Positions 30,033 to 39,665 of a stretch of DNA of 64,000 nucleotides are shown here, one piece after another. Location: UHGV virus genome UHGV-1455077; one strand, given 5' to 3'. The notes below the pieces were generated by a model. That model was not told the DNA's origin and did not search any database. It worked only from the letters and a program-made list of their open reading frames with translations. The translations under genes and the position numbers were made by a program. Positions within the stretch are counted from its first letter, which is position 1. Each line of letters opens with the position of its first letter. The stretch is from a virus.

Positions 30033-30489
30033 TTATTTCGTATTCATTATCATTATATTCAAAATAATCATTCAATGATAATCCAATCATTTCTTTAACA
30101 AATGGTGCTTGAATAGATATTAACCCATTGCTTATATCAGATTCATACGTACTAACAATAGTATATCTTTTAATTTCTTCAGTTTCAGTATTTATAAATG
30201 TAACTGTTGCTCCAAATCCAATTTTATAATTTCCTTTTTCATTATAACAAATCATTGTTTTTTCAAATATTCGAGAATCTCTTAAAATATCTTGTAAATC
30301 TGATATTTTTTTTTCAATTCTATTTTGAAAATCTATGGCTTGTAAATATTCAGGCGGAAATTCATCTGAAACACCAATTGGACGTGTTTCCTCAAGCATT
30401 TGATAGGCTTTGGGTCTTTCATTATGAACTAGCTCATTTAGTTCATTACTTAATTTATCATATCCTTTTCTTGTTATAATTATTGTCAT
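30010..30489 (-). CDS. transcription elongation factor GreA/GreB-like protein
   Basis: 159 aa; C-terminal FKBP-like domain KIGFGATVTFINTETEEIKRYTIVS...LISIQAPFVKEMIGL parallels GreA VIFGATVTV...LISVNSPIARGLIG; N-terminal coiled coil with acidic tip SDEFPPEY. Confidence 0.65.
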   Translation of the reverse strand: MTIIITRKGYDKLSNELNELVHNERPKAYQMLEETRPIGVSDEFPPEYLQAIDFQNRIEKKISDLQDILRDSRIFEKTMICYNEKGNYKIGFGATVTFINTETEEIKRYTIVSTYESDISNGLISIQAPFVKEMIGLSLNDYFEYNDNEYEIINIQYSL

Positions 30490-30572
30490 ACATTTTTTCC
30501 ATTCTAAATATAATGGTCAGATATATAAATTATAAATCTAACCATTATATAATTAATTTATGGTAATATTTA

Positions 30573-30872
30573 TTACATATTATACAAAATACTTAATCCT
30601 GTTTCAACTTCATCTAAAACAGTTTTTGTTTTTTCAATATCTTCTTTATTTTTCATTTTTGATTTAGCCATTTTTTTAATTAATGCAGGCTTAATCATCA
30701 ACTCTTTATCATCAATACCTTCATTTAATGATTCACATCTTGACTTAATATCATCATTCATACTATCAGTTAAGTCTTTAATTTCTTCTAATGCAGTAAT
30801 GGCACTTTCAATAACATTTTTTAGTTTTGTTCGGTCTTCTGCATTAAAATTTCTTTCTTCAAAAATATTCAT
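30573..30872 (-). CDS. hypothetical protein
   Basis: ORF 99 aa. Confidence 0.4.
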   Translation of the reverse strand: MNIFEERNFNAEDRTKLKNVIESAITALEEIKDLTDSMNDDIKSRCESLNEGIDDKELMIKPALIKKMAKSKMKNKEDIEKTKTVLDEVETGLSILYNM

Positions 30873-30887
30873 AATCTTTTTTTCTCC

Positions 30888-31205
30888 TTATATAATTTTT
30901 AATGATGAGCCAATCCATTCATCTAACTCATCTAAATCCATAGCAATTGAACTATCTAACAATTCTGCTTTTATATGAGATGTAATAAGCATAACAACAG
31001 GAACAGCATTATAACCTAATTGTGTTATAATATCAATATTAGAACATTCGTAAAAATCTAAATCATATTTCTTTGAATTTTCAATTTCTTCAAGATTTTC
31101 TTGAGTCATTTTACAAGGAATACAATTTGGCTGTCCAAATTTTACAAGTGATGGTCTAATACCTGTAAGAGCATTTAGTTCTTCCATCGTTTTAATTTCT
31201 TTCAT
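30888..31205 (-). CDS. thioredoxin-like protein
   Basis: 105 aa; active site FGQPNCIPCKM (WCGPCKM-like) and cis-Pro region VPVVML. Confidence 0.6.
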   Translation of the reverse strand: MKEIKTMEELNALTGIRPSLVKFGQPNCIPCKMTQENLEEIENSKKYDLDFYECSNIDIITQLGYNAVPVVMLITSHIKAELLDSSIAMDLDELDEWIGSSLKII

Positions 31206-31711
31206 TAGTATTCTCCATATTTAATTTTATTATAGCTTGATGAAATTAAATTAACCATCATTGGTATATCCTTAATACCATTATGTGTTTTTTTCATCAT
31301 TGGTAAATTTGAAATATAGCATAAAGTGCTTATATCTTTAAATTTATACATTGTTGGCCCTTTAAAATTTAATGTATCATAGGCATTTAAAAGTATTGGA
31401 GCATCAAATGAAGTATTACACCATACATTTGTATTCCATATATCATCTCCATTGATTTCATTTAATACATTAAATAATGGTTGGGAATTTGAAAAAAATG
31501 TTTCTTGAACATCTTTATCTAAAGTTTCAATCCAATTAATTGTTTCAGCATCAATATCAAACAGTTGAATATCAATTAAATTTGCATCAACATTTAAATG
31601 TTTTTCAAGGAATATCTCTCCATTTTCAATATCAAACATTGCGTACGATATTCTTGCAATCGCCGCATTTCTTTTTAATGAAAATGTTTCTAATGTTAAT
31701 ACAGTTTCCAT
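31205..31711 (-). CDS. DEDDh 3-prime-5-prime exonuclease-like protein with atypical motif I
   Basis: 168 aa; motif II NTSFDAPILL and motif III HNGIKD present; motif I reads VLTLETFS (first Asp not conserved). Confidence 0.4.
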   Translation of the reverse strand: METVLTLETFSLKRNAAIARISYAMFDIENGEIFLEKHLNVDANLIDIQLFDIDAETINWIETLDKDVQETFFSNSQPLFNVLNEINGDDIWNTNVWCNTSFDAPILLNAYDTLNFKGPTMYKFKDISTLCYISNLPMMKKTHNGIKDIPMMVNLISSSYNKIKYGEY

Positions 31712-31723
31712 ATTAAAATATTC

Positions 31724-31918
31724 CTATAATTGTGATTTTATTTTATTTAATACATCAAAATCAATATTTTCTAAATAATTATCAGAATTTTCTTTTTTTA
31801 CAACCCAGCCAAGAGTTTTTTTACCGTTACCTTTATCAATCCGTCTACGTAAAAAAACATAATTATCTCTTTTAACAGTATTTTTCAAATAATTTATAGT
31901 TTTTTCTAAATCTGACAT
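31724..31918 (-). CDS. hypothetical small protein
   Basis: ORF 64 aa. Confidence 0.35.
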   Translation of the reverse strand: MSDLEKTINYLKNTVKRDNYVFLRRRIDKGNGKKTLGWVVKKENSDNYLENIDFDVLNKIKSQL

Positions 31919-31926
31919 AGTTTTCC

Positions 31927-32202
31927 TTACATTAAATGTCTATATGAATTTGGAGTATATGCAAGTAATTTTATTTCAATGATGTCAGCATCATCGCCAT
32001 AAAATTTATATGTATTGGTTTTTTCATCATAAGTATAAGATTGCAACCAATCCGTATGTTTATAAGATTCGATAGATTCATTATATAATTTAATTAATGA
32101 TTCTTCAGCCATTTTATAATTATCAAAAACACCGTGAATACTTGTATAATTCATATCTCCAAAATATTCTTTAATTAAAACAAATAATAAATTTTCTCCC
32201 AT
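31927..32202 (-). CDS. hypothetical protein
   Basis: ORF 91 aa; AATAAATAT-type motif 22 nt upstream. Confidence 0.4.
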   Translation of the reverse strand: MGENLLFVLIKEYFGDMNYTSIHGVFDNYKMAEESLIKLYNESIESYKHTDWLQSYTYDEKTNTYKFYGDDADIIEIKLLAYTPNSYRHLM

Positions 32203-32297
32203 ATTTTGTCCTTTTAAAGTTTATATATTTATTTTTAATATGTGTGAATATTAGCAAAGAATAAAAAAATAATCAATATTATTCCAAAAATTAAAGC

Positions 32298-32306
32298 AAT
32301 AAATAT
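32298..32306 (+). promoter_or_regulatory. late-promoter-like motif AATAAATAT 25 nt upstream of 32332
   Basis: sequence gcaataaatatatc; T4 late consensus is TATAAATA. Confidence 0.45.
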
Positions 32307-32331
32307 ATCTATAAAGAATTAAGGAAATACA

Positions 32332-33516
32332 ATGGGTACAAACAATTATCATCTTTATCAAAAAGAAAGAAGTCAAAATTATAATTATATTGACCGTGTA
32401 GTAAAAAATTATTTGGAACAAGGTGGTGGACTTTTTCACATTTATCCAATGAAATCAATTATTGATAATAATGGTGGTGAACACGAAATTGGTACTTCTG
32501 GATTTTATGTAACTGATGCAGTTTTTAATGAAAACTCTAAACGTAAATACTCCCGTGAAACCTTTGATTTATGGGGTGTTACAATGATGAATACACCAAC
32601 ATTTTCTTTTAATTTTGATGGTTTATCATTATTAGATGGCGACCAAAAAGAGATTTCATTTCACTATAATTCAATGGTTGCTCAACTTGGTCGAAAAATT
32701 TTAGTTGGAGATGTTATTGAATGGTCTTGGTTACGTGATTTAGATATTTTAGGTTCTGATGAAGCCGCTAATAAATTTTATCAAGTAACTTCATCTGAAC
32801 GAGATGAAAAAGGATGGGCGGCAAACTACAAATATCATTTATGGAAAGTTAAATGTAAGCCTATTACTAATTCTCCTGAATTTGAAGATTTATTTAATTA
32901 TGATAAAGAAAATGATTTTTATGAAGATGTTAATTCAGGTAATGGTGGTGGTGGTTTAGACCCAAATAATACCGCAGAATCAAGCGAATTAGATATAAAT
33001 GACCAAGTTTTAGAAGAAGCAGAATTAAAAGGGCCTTCATTCAGATTACACGATGAACATCATATTTATTTAGATGAAAACAATAGATTATACGATACTC
33101 ACGGTCGTTTTATTCCACAAGGTATAGATGGTATTCCAAATCAATTAAATTGCATTGATGTACCATTTGGAGAATTTTTTCCTGATTCATCAACTGTTAA
33201 AGATGGTGATTATTATTTAAGAGTAGATATGAATCCACCTAGATTATTTAAAAGATTTACAAATGAACAATCAAAAGAAGGCGGTTGGAGAATGGTTGAA
33301 TATGATAATAGAGAAAAATGGACAGGTGTTCCTATGGTATTAAGAAGTGTTATTAACAATGACACAACTGTTAAATTTGAAGATGGAGAAGTACAACCTG
33401 CTCGTCAAAATATTAAAGACCTTGTTAAAGCAAGAGTTAAAAAAGAACACGGCAAACCAAGACCTTGGAAAGATATTACAATTATTGAGCCAGATGCAAC
33501 TCCAACAGGTATTTAA
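32332..33516 (+). CDS. putative virion structural protein
   Basis: 394 aa; late motif upstream, strong terminator downstream; no specific family recognised. Confidence 0.5.
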   Translation: MGTNNYHLYQKERSQNYNYIDRVVKNYLEQGGGLFHIYPMKSIIDNNGGEHEIGTSGFYVTDAVFNENSKRKYSRETFDLWGVTMMNTPTFSFNFDGLSLLDGDQKEISFHYNSMVAQLGRKILVGDVIEWSWLRDLDILGSDEAANKFYQVTSSERDEKGWAANYKYHLWKVKCKPITNSPEFEDLFNYDKENDFYEDVNSGNGGGGLDPNNTAESSELDINDQVLEEAELKGPSFRLHDEHHIYLDENNRLYDTHGRFIPQGIDGIPNQLNCIDVPFGEFFPDSSTVKDGDYYLRVDMNPPRLFKRFTNEQSKEGGWRMVEYDNREKWTGVPMVLRSVINNDTTVKFEDGEVQPARQNIKDLVKARVKKEHGKPRPWKDITIIEPDATPTGI

Positions 33517-33546
33517 AAAAATGGTACGCATTGCGTACCATTTTTT
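33514..33546. terminator. bidirectional rho-independent terminator
   Basis: aaaaaaatggtacgcattgcgtaccatttttt perfect 10-bp stem. Confidence 0.8.
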
Positions 33547-34117
33547 AGAATTCATCTAATTGTGTTTCCCAATACTCTTTCGAAAACCAATCATTATCAT
33601 CGTATTCTTTATTTTTACGATTTTTCTTTGCATTTTCTTCCAATTGTCTAATACTTGGAATATATGGTTTATGTATTAAATGCATATGTGATTCCTCAAG
33701 TGTTTTACCACCTTTTTTACTATTACATTCTCTACAAGCTGTAACAATATTATCCCAACAAGTTTTACCGCCTTTACAGCGAGGATGTACGTGGTCAAAT
33801 GTTAAATCATCTGCTTTAAATCTTTTACCACAATATTGGCATACATAATCATCACGAAGATAAACATTTCTTCGAGAAAATTTTGGAGTATGATTAACAT
33901 TTACATACTTTTTTAAAACAACTATTTTAGGCAGTTTCATTTCTTTATTTTGAATAATAATAGAATCATCATATTCTTTAACAACTGATAATCTTCCCTT
34001 TAATAAGGATTTAATAACTTTTTTCATACTATTCAAAGATAATGGGTATCTACTTAAAGGCTGATAATCTCCATTAAGAATTAAAACTGGTCTATTCATT
34101 ATACTTTTATTTGTCAT
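33545..34117 (-). CDS. HNH endonuclease
   Basis: 190 aa; YVCQYCGKRF...FDHVHPRCKGGKTCWDNIVTACRECNSKKG HNH/zinc-finger core; overlaps upstream AAA gene by 11 nt. Confidence 0.75.
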   Translation of the reverse strand: MTNKSIMNRPVLILNGDYQPLSRYPLSLNSMKKVIKSLLKGRLSVVKEYDDSIIIQNKEMKLPKIVVLKKYVNVNHTPKFSRRNVYLRDDYVCQYCGKRFKADDLTFDHVHPRCKGGKTCWDNIVTACRECNSKKGGKTLEESHMHLIHKPYIPSIRQLEENAKKNRKNKEYDDNDWFSKEYWETQLDEF

Positions 34118-35294
34118 CGTTAATTACTTTTCTAAATTGGTCAATTGTTAATATATTCCATTTGACTTGTCTAATTAATTCTTGTAATGTTGCAGGATTA
34201 ATAAACTCCTTTTTAAATAAATTGTCAAGTCCTAATTTATCAAAAATCATTTTATTTGCCATTTCATTATTTAAATCGGTTAATTCTATTTTATAATCCA
34301 TACGACCATCACGTAAAAAGGCTTCATCTAATTGTTCAATATGATTTGTTGTGAAGAAACAAATTATTCCTTCTGGAGTATATAAACCATCTAATACATT
34401 TAATATATCTGATAATGTTATTTTATTATCTCTTGATGGATTAATAATATCACCCGTCATTTCATTATCAACTCTATTATTAACAGCCGTATCAGCACAG
34501 TCAATATCTTCAAATACAAATATTTTTCTATCAGGTGATGAAATTTGCCATATTAAATCATCAATATCTCTAATAGTTTTTAAACTAATCATTTTAATTT
34601 GAAAATTTAATTCACTTGCTAATGCAAATATCAAAGAACTTTTTCCTGTACCAGGTACACCATATAATAAATAATTTCTTTTATATAAAATGTTATTATT
34701 AATATAATCATTTTTTGATTTTAAGAAATGTTTTATATCATTTAAAATCTTATTTCCAATGTTATCATTTGTATATACACTTGTTAAAGGTCTTTTTGTT
34801 CTTTTAATTTCATTATATCCTTGAATAACAGTTATCTTATTATCATATGCTTCAACTGTATCCTTTAAAGATTCTTCTAATTTTTTAATAAATTTCTTTT
34901 TATTTGCAAAATATACCCTTAAAAATATTTTTAAAGTTACACCATTTGCATCAGATTCCCACGATTTTGAAAAATATACCAATTTTTTAAACATCCATAG
35001 CCAAGTTACTCCATAACCTTCACCAATTTCTTGTTTATTATTAATTTCATATGTATTTTGAAATAAATGTGTTTGATTTTTAATTAATAATTCTAAATTT
35101 TTATTTGGAACACTTTCATAATTGTATATTTTAGCATTATATGAAATTGAAAATGAAATTAATGATATAAGTTTTGTATAAACCCAACCAAAAATTACTT
35201 TACTATGCATAACAAACATTGCAACAATACCGCCACTATACATAGTTGCTAATGCAGGATTTGATTGTACAATTTCTTTAAAAAACTCTAACAT
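34107..35294 (-). CDS. BCS1-like AAA+ ATPase with N-terminal transmembrane segment
   Basis: 395 aa; N-terminal hydrophobic PALATMYSGGIVAMFVMHS; Walker A LLYGVPGTGKSS, Walker B IFVFEDIDCA, second region FFTTNHIEQLDEAFLRDGRMD closely parallels mitochondrial BCS1 AAA module. Confidence 0.75.
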   Translation of the reverse strand: MLEFFKEIVQSNPALATMYSGGIVAMFVMHSKVIFGWVYTKLISLISFSISYNAKIYNYESVPNKNLELLIKNQTHLFQNTYEINNKQEIGEGYGVTWLWMFKKLVYFSKSWESDANGVTLKIFLRVYFANKKKFIKKLEESLKDTVEAYDNKITVIQGYNEIKRTKRPLTSVYTNDNIGNKILNDIKHFLKSKNDYINNNILYKRNYLLYGVPGTGKSSLIFALASELNFQIKMISLKTIRDIDDLIWQISSPDRKIFVFEDIDCADTAVNNRVDNEMTGDIINPSRDNKITLSDILNVLDGLYTPEGIICFFTTNHIEQLDEAFLRDGRMDYKIELTDLNNEMANKMIFDKLGLDNLFKKEFINPATLQELIRQVKWNILTIDQFRKVINDDK

Positions 35295-35322
35295 TATTTT
35301 TCCTTTTATTTAATTTTACATA

Positions 35323-35350
35323 ATAATATCATTAAATTTAAAAATGTCAA
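35323..35350 (-). promoter_or_regulatory. sigma70-like promoter (TTGACA-N16-TATTAT) for AAA-HNH operon
   Basis: minus-strand ttgacatttttaaatttaatgatattat, about 20 nt leader then AAAAGGA RBS and ATG 35294. Confidence 0.5.
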
Positions 35351-35362
35351 GAACATATAATA

Positions 35363-35396
35363 AAAAAAGAGGTTGAATTTCTTCAACCTCTTTTTT
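35363..35396 (-). terminator. rho-independent terminator after capsid gene
   Basis: aaaaaaagaggttgaatttcttcaacctctttttt. Confidence 0.8.
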
Positions 35397-35414
35397 AATA
35401 CTCTTTTCAGCTAA

Positions 35415-36620
35415 TTAGATGAAACGTAAGTTAGCAACTTTAATTTTAGCTAAGAAGTCGCCAGCGTTACCTAAAGAGTTAGCTGGGTTAGTTAAAGCGA
35501 AGAAGCCATAACGTGTGCTTAAAGCCATAACGTGTTCGAATGTATTAGGGTCTAAGATAGTACCTGATGACATTACTGGAATGTATGGGCAATAATAAGC
35601 TGCGGCATCAATTTCATCTGAACCTTTATAACCGATTAAAATATCATCATCTTTAGCATATGTGTTTACATAAACTTTTAATGTGTTATTTAATGTACCA
35701 ACAAATTTATTATTAGTTGGAGCTTCAAATGTACCTTCTGTTGTTCTTACGAACTGTGAAGCAGTAGCTGATTGTAAAACAGATAATACTGTGTGTGAAA
35801 CTACTGACCAGTTAGCAGAAGCTTTTCTGATTTTACGAGCAATTTCGTTTGAGTATCTGTTAATCATAACAGCCAATGCGGCGTGTTCGTCAACAACTGA
35901 TGTTGCAACACCTGAAATTCTGTTTTGGTCATAAGTTGCAACTGGTAAACCAGCAATAGCTTGTAATTTACCTAAAATTTCTTGGTCAATATCTAATACG
36001 ATTTCTTGAGCTAAAGCAGAAGTTAATTCTTGTTCAATATTAGCACCGTATTGAGATTGAGCATCTTGCATAGCTTCTAATGTAAATCTAGCTTTTAATT
36101 TACGAGAGCCAGCTTTAACATCTTCTTTTACGAATTCAATGTTAATATCGTTACCACCAGTACCTTCTAATACAGCAGTATCAGCCGCACCTGGGTTAAC
36201 CATATCTTCATTACCAGAATACCAAGCACCAACTAAGAATGGTGATAATGCTTCTTGACCAGCGATGATACCTGTACCATCAACAGGAGAATTTGTAGCA
36301 TATCTAATTCTCATAGTTGTAATTGTACCAGAAGGGCCTGATAATGGTTGAACACCTACTAATTCGTGTGCCATAACTGTTGGCATAATACGTTTAATTA
36401 AAGGCATCATAACTTTGTTAATAATTGCCACATTTGCGGCAACTGTTGAACCTTGGGTTGCGTGTTCTGCTAAGAATTGTCTACGTACATTTTCTAATAC
36501 AGATTCTGTAATACGTCTACGAGAAGCACCCTTAATGTCAGAAACCATACCTTTTTTCAATCTATTCCAAGCTGATGGACTTTCTAACAATAACACGCTC
36601 TTTTCAATATTTGTTGTCAT
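35415..36620 (-). CDS. major capsid protein, T4 gp23-like
   Basis: 401 aa; N-terminal propeptide-like segment then VAANVAIINKVMMPLIKRIMPTVMAHELVGVQPLSGPSG pattern of gp23 family; locally elevated GC; gene order protease-scaffold-MCP. Confidence 0.85.
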   Translation of the reverse strand: MTTNIEKSVLLLESPSAWNRLKKGMVSDIKGASRRRITESVLENVRRQFLAEHATQGSTVAANVAIINKVMMPLIKRIMPTVMAHELVGVQPLSGPSGTITTMRIRYATNSPVDGTGIIAGQEALSPFLVGAWYSGNEDMVNPGAADTAVLEGTGGNDINIEFVKEDVKAGSRKLKARFTLEAMQDAQSQYGANIEQELTSALAQEIVLDIDQEILGKLQAIAGLPVATYDQNRISGVATSVVDEHAALAVMINRYSNEIARKIRKASANWSVVSHTVLSVLQSATASQFVRTTEGTFEAPTNNKFVGTLNNTLKVYVNTYAKDDDILIGYKGSDEIDAAAYYCPYIPVMSSGTILDPNTFEHVMALSTRYGFFALTNPANSLGNAGDFLAKIKVANLRFI

Positions 36621-36643
36621 TATTTTTTCTCCTAAAAATTACT

Positions 36644-37903
36644 TTAAAATTTGCAATTAGCAATAACTTTATTAATTTCTTCTTCTAAGTCACTACTTAG
36701 ATTGCCTTCATTTAAGTCTATTGCATTTTTGTTTTTACTTTCACCTGTTAAAAATGTAACTTTTTTACCCTCTTTTAACACTCTGTCATTTTTATTTATT
36801 TGATTTGTTGAAGAATTGCCTAAAATCATAGGAATATATCTCTTAATTGATTCTTCCAACTTTTCAGTAGCAATTTCTTTAACCAAATTTTTCATCATAT
36901 TTTGCTTATCAATAGGTAAATGAGCTATTGATTCATTAATAATTTTATCTCTTGATAATTTATTATTGATAGCTGATAATTGATTTACCTGATTTTTAGC
37001 TTCATTTAATTGTTTTTCTAAAACTTTGTTTGAATGCATTAATTTATTCTGTGAAGCTTTAACTGATTCAAACATAGATTTAACAACTTTATCTTCATTA
37101 AAGAATTTAACAGCAAATTCTTTAGCAAATGATTCAAAAATTTTCATACCAAATGCTTTTTTACGATTTTCTGCAATATCTTGACGGAATTGTTTTAATT
37201 CACGTGTAAGTGTTTCTTGCATAAATTTTTGCATTTTAGTTGAAGCTTCTGCAAAGAATTGTTTTTTAGCTTCTGAAATTTTTTCTTTTTGTTCTTGAAC
37301 TAATCTAACTCTTAAAGCATCTAAAGATTTCATTTCATCTTTATGATTTTTTGCTTGCATAGAAACTTGTTCAGAAATAAATTTACCAAATTGTTCTAAT
37401 GCATCGCCCAACTGTTTTCTATCGTTATAATGTTCAGTCATTTCTTTTTTAACTGATTCATTTAACCATTTAGAAGCAGTATCAATAAATTTAGATTTTT
37501 CTTCTTCTAATTTATTTTGCATTGTTGTTTGAACATTTTTTAATTTATTATTAAAGTTTTCTTTAATAACAGCAACTTTATCTGCAACTTCTTTTGCTAC
37601 GTTAGCTTTAGCTTTTTGTAAAGCAAGTTTTTCTTCAATTAATTTTTTTCTATGAATATCAATTTTCTTCATTTCTTCATTAATAGTTTGGCGAGATAAT
37701 TTATCCATAGATTCAATAATTTTTTCTTTATCTTGTTTAGCTTGTTTAGATAATTCTTCATAAACTTCTTTACGAGCTTCATTTTTTAATTCTTTATATT
37801 TTTCAGTCATTAAAGCATTAAATGCATTCTTAGCATCGGCAGTTGTAATATTTAAACTTTCCATAAGTTTTTCATTTAATTCTTTATCTGTCAATCTTGC
37901 CAT
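36644..37903 (-). CDS. prohead scaffold protein, gp22-like
   Basis: 419 aa, K/E-rich all-helical/coiled-coil composition, position between protease and MCP. Confidence 0.6.
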   Translation of the reverse strand: MARLTDKELNEKLMESLNITTADAKNAFNALMTEKYKELKNEARKEVYEELSKQAKQDKEKIIESMDKLSRQTINEEMKKIDIHRKKLIEEKLALQKAKANVAKEVADKVAVIKENFNNKLKNVQTTMQNKLEEEKSKFIDTASKWLNESVKKEMTEHYNDRKQLGDALEQFGKFISEQVSMQAKNHKDEMKSLDALRVRLVQEQKEKISEAKKQFFAEASTKMQKFMQETLTRELKQFRQDIAENRKKAFGMKIFESFAKEFAVKFFNEDKVVKSMFESVKASQNKLMHSNKVLEKQLNEAKNQVNQLSAINNKLSRDKIINESIAHLPIDKQNMMKNLVKEIATEKLEESIKRYIPMILGNSSTNQINKNDRVLKEGKKVTFLTGESKNKNAIDLNEGNLSSDLEEEINKVIANCKF

Positions 37904-37925
37904 TGTAATGGTCTCCTTTTAACCT

Positions 37926-38606
37926 TTATTTACAGCTCCAGTTTCTAAACCAAGATACAATATCTTCATTTAATTTAGATTCATATCTTGAAGAACTACT
38001 GTTTATTAAATCTTGAGCATTGTTTAATAATTTTTGACCACTACCAGTATACATTAATTTTTCATATATAGGTGTTGGTCTTGCATCTTGAGCTGAAGGG
38101 GTTGCCACAATATCAACTGTAACAATTTCAAAATCTGAAACCGTATTATCATAATCGCTTACATTACCAGAACCACGAGATGATACACCAAGTGGAACTC
38201 CGTCTTGTAATAATCCTTCAACTATTTTTCCTGATGGAGTATTTGATAAAATTTTCATTTTACCAATACCATCGTTTCCCTTCATATGTATTTCTTCAAT
38301 TAAGTGGGAAACATTATGAACATTGATAACCAATGTATCTGGGTGGTCTAATTCTCCTAAAACACCACCGTGCATTTGGATTTGTTCGCTTAAATCATTT
38401 ACTGCACTTTCAATTTCGTGTCTTGGGTAAATACGACCATTAAGGTTTTGAATTTCTCCCTGAATAAAGATACCTTTCAAATACCAATGTTTTTTACGAT
38501 TACCGTTTTCATCAACATAATCAGTCGGGTCAGCCATCATTCGTGACTGACCTGAACTGATATATTCTTGAAGAACTGGTTTATTATTAACTAACATATT
38601 ACCCAT
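37926..38606 (-). CDS. prohead core protease, T4 gp21-like
   Basis: 226 aa; LGELDHPD and LGVSSRGSG blocks matching the gp21 protease family; conserved position. Confidence 0.75.
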   Translation of the reverse strand: MGNMLVNNKPVLQEYISSGQSRMMADPTDYVDENGNRKKHWYLKGIFIQGEIQNLNGRIYPRHEIESAVNDLSEQIQMHGGVLGELDHPDTLVINVHNVSHLIEEIHMKGNDGIGKMKILSNTPSGKIVEGLLQDGVPLGVSSRGSGNVSDYDNTVSDFEIVTVDIVATPSAQDARPTPIYEKLMYTGSGQKLLNNAQDLINSSSSRYESKLNEDIVSWFRNWSCK

Positions 38607-38621
38607 TCTTACAAATCCTTA

Positions 38622-39665
38622 TTAGTTACCCATCATTGATTTACCAGCGGCAGGTTTATTAGCTGGTTTTTCAACTTTGTGCCATTGTTTAGCACCTTTA
38701 TTTTCAGTTGACTGAACTTTAACTTTTTTATCTGCTGATTCGCCTTTAGAATCAGTTGAACTTACACCTAAACGTGGTTTCTTATTTAATTTCATATCAG
38801 ATAATTTACCAAAGTTCATTGTACCTTTTTTATTTACGCCTTCATCTTCAGAAGTCATTTTTTTACGAGGGTCAGCAATATTTGACCAACCTTCTTCAAT
38901 TGCATCTTCTGAACCATTTTCAGCTTCTAAACGATTTAAAATATCCATTAAATCATCATATGTTTCTTCTGAAACTTCAACAGTACCTTCTGAATCTTCA
39001 CCCATTTCGTGAGCATCCATTTCATCTTCAATACCAGCTTCAATTTCATCTTCACCTTCAGCTTCTAAATCAGATACTAAATCATCACCTTCTGCTTCTT
39101 CAACTTTTATATCTTCTTCAAAATCAAAATCAGAATCGTCATCTTCAACATCTAATTCTTCAACTTCTGAACCATCTTGGAAATGTGAAGAAATTTCATC
39201 AAATAAATCATTAATTTCTTCATCATCAGCGGCACCAGCCATTTCATAATCAGCTTTTAAGTCTTCAATGATTGCTAATGCATCATCATCAGATGATGCT
39301 TCTTCATCATCACCATCACTTAATTTTCTTTCATCAACGATATTACGAAGTTCATCCAATTTACCTCTTACATCATCTGGTAATTCACCTGGATATTTTT
39401 CTTCTAATTCGTCAATAGCAACCATAGTTTGGTCGCTTGCTTCATTTCTACTATCAATTTCATCATTAGAAATTTCACTATTTAATTCATCACCCATATC
39501 AGATACTTCAAAACTTTCATCTTCAGCTTCTAACAAAGAGTAACAATTTTTAGCTTTTAAATCCCATTGACGTTTGAAAAGACGAGTAGCTTTAGCTATA
39601 TCATTATCATTAACCAAAGCATCAAATGCTTCTGCTAATAATTTTCTTTCTAAATCGTTAGTCAT
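38622..39665 (-). CDS. highly acidic protein in gp67/gp68 (prohead core) position
   Basis: 347 aa; long D/E tracts, basic C-terminus; TATAAATA 43 nt upstream. Confidence 0.5.
   Translation of the reverse strand: MTNDLERKLLAEAFDALVNDNDIAKATRLFKRQWDLKAKNCYSLLEAEDESFEVSDMGDELNSEISNDEIDSRNEASDQTMVAIDELEEKYPGELPDDVRGKLDELRNIVDERKLSDGDDEEASSDDDALAIIEDLKADYEMAGAADDEEINDLFDEISSHFQDGSEVEELDVEDDDSDFDFEEDIKVEEAEGDDLVSDLEAEGEDEIEAGIEDEMDAHEMGEDSEGTVEVSEETYDDLMDILNRLEAENGSEDAIEEGWSNIADPRKKMTSEDEGVNKKGTMNFGKLSDMKLNKKPRLGVSSTDSKGESADKKVKVQSTENKGAKQWHKVEKPANKPAAGKSMMGN

Noticed and set aside
32251-32439. 62-aa minus ORF
   Set aside because: Overlaps divergent promoter region and 5-prime end of well-supported gene 32332..33516; hydrophobic low-complexity
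38756-39543. Plus-strand ORFs 38756..39214 and 39268..39543 inside the acidic gene
   Set aside because: Antisense to a strongly supported minus-strand gene; translations are low-complexity (Leu/Ser/His runs) produced by reading the reverse of GAx/GAT codons
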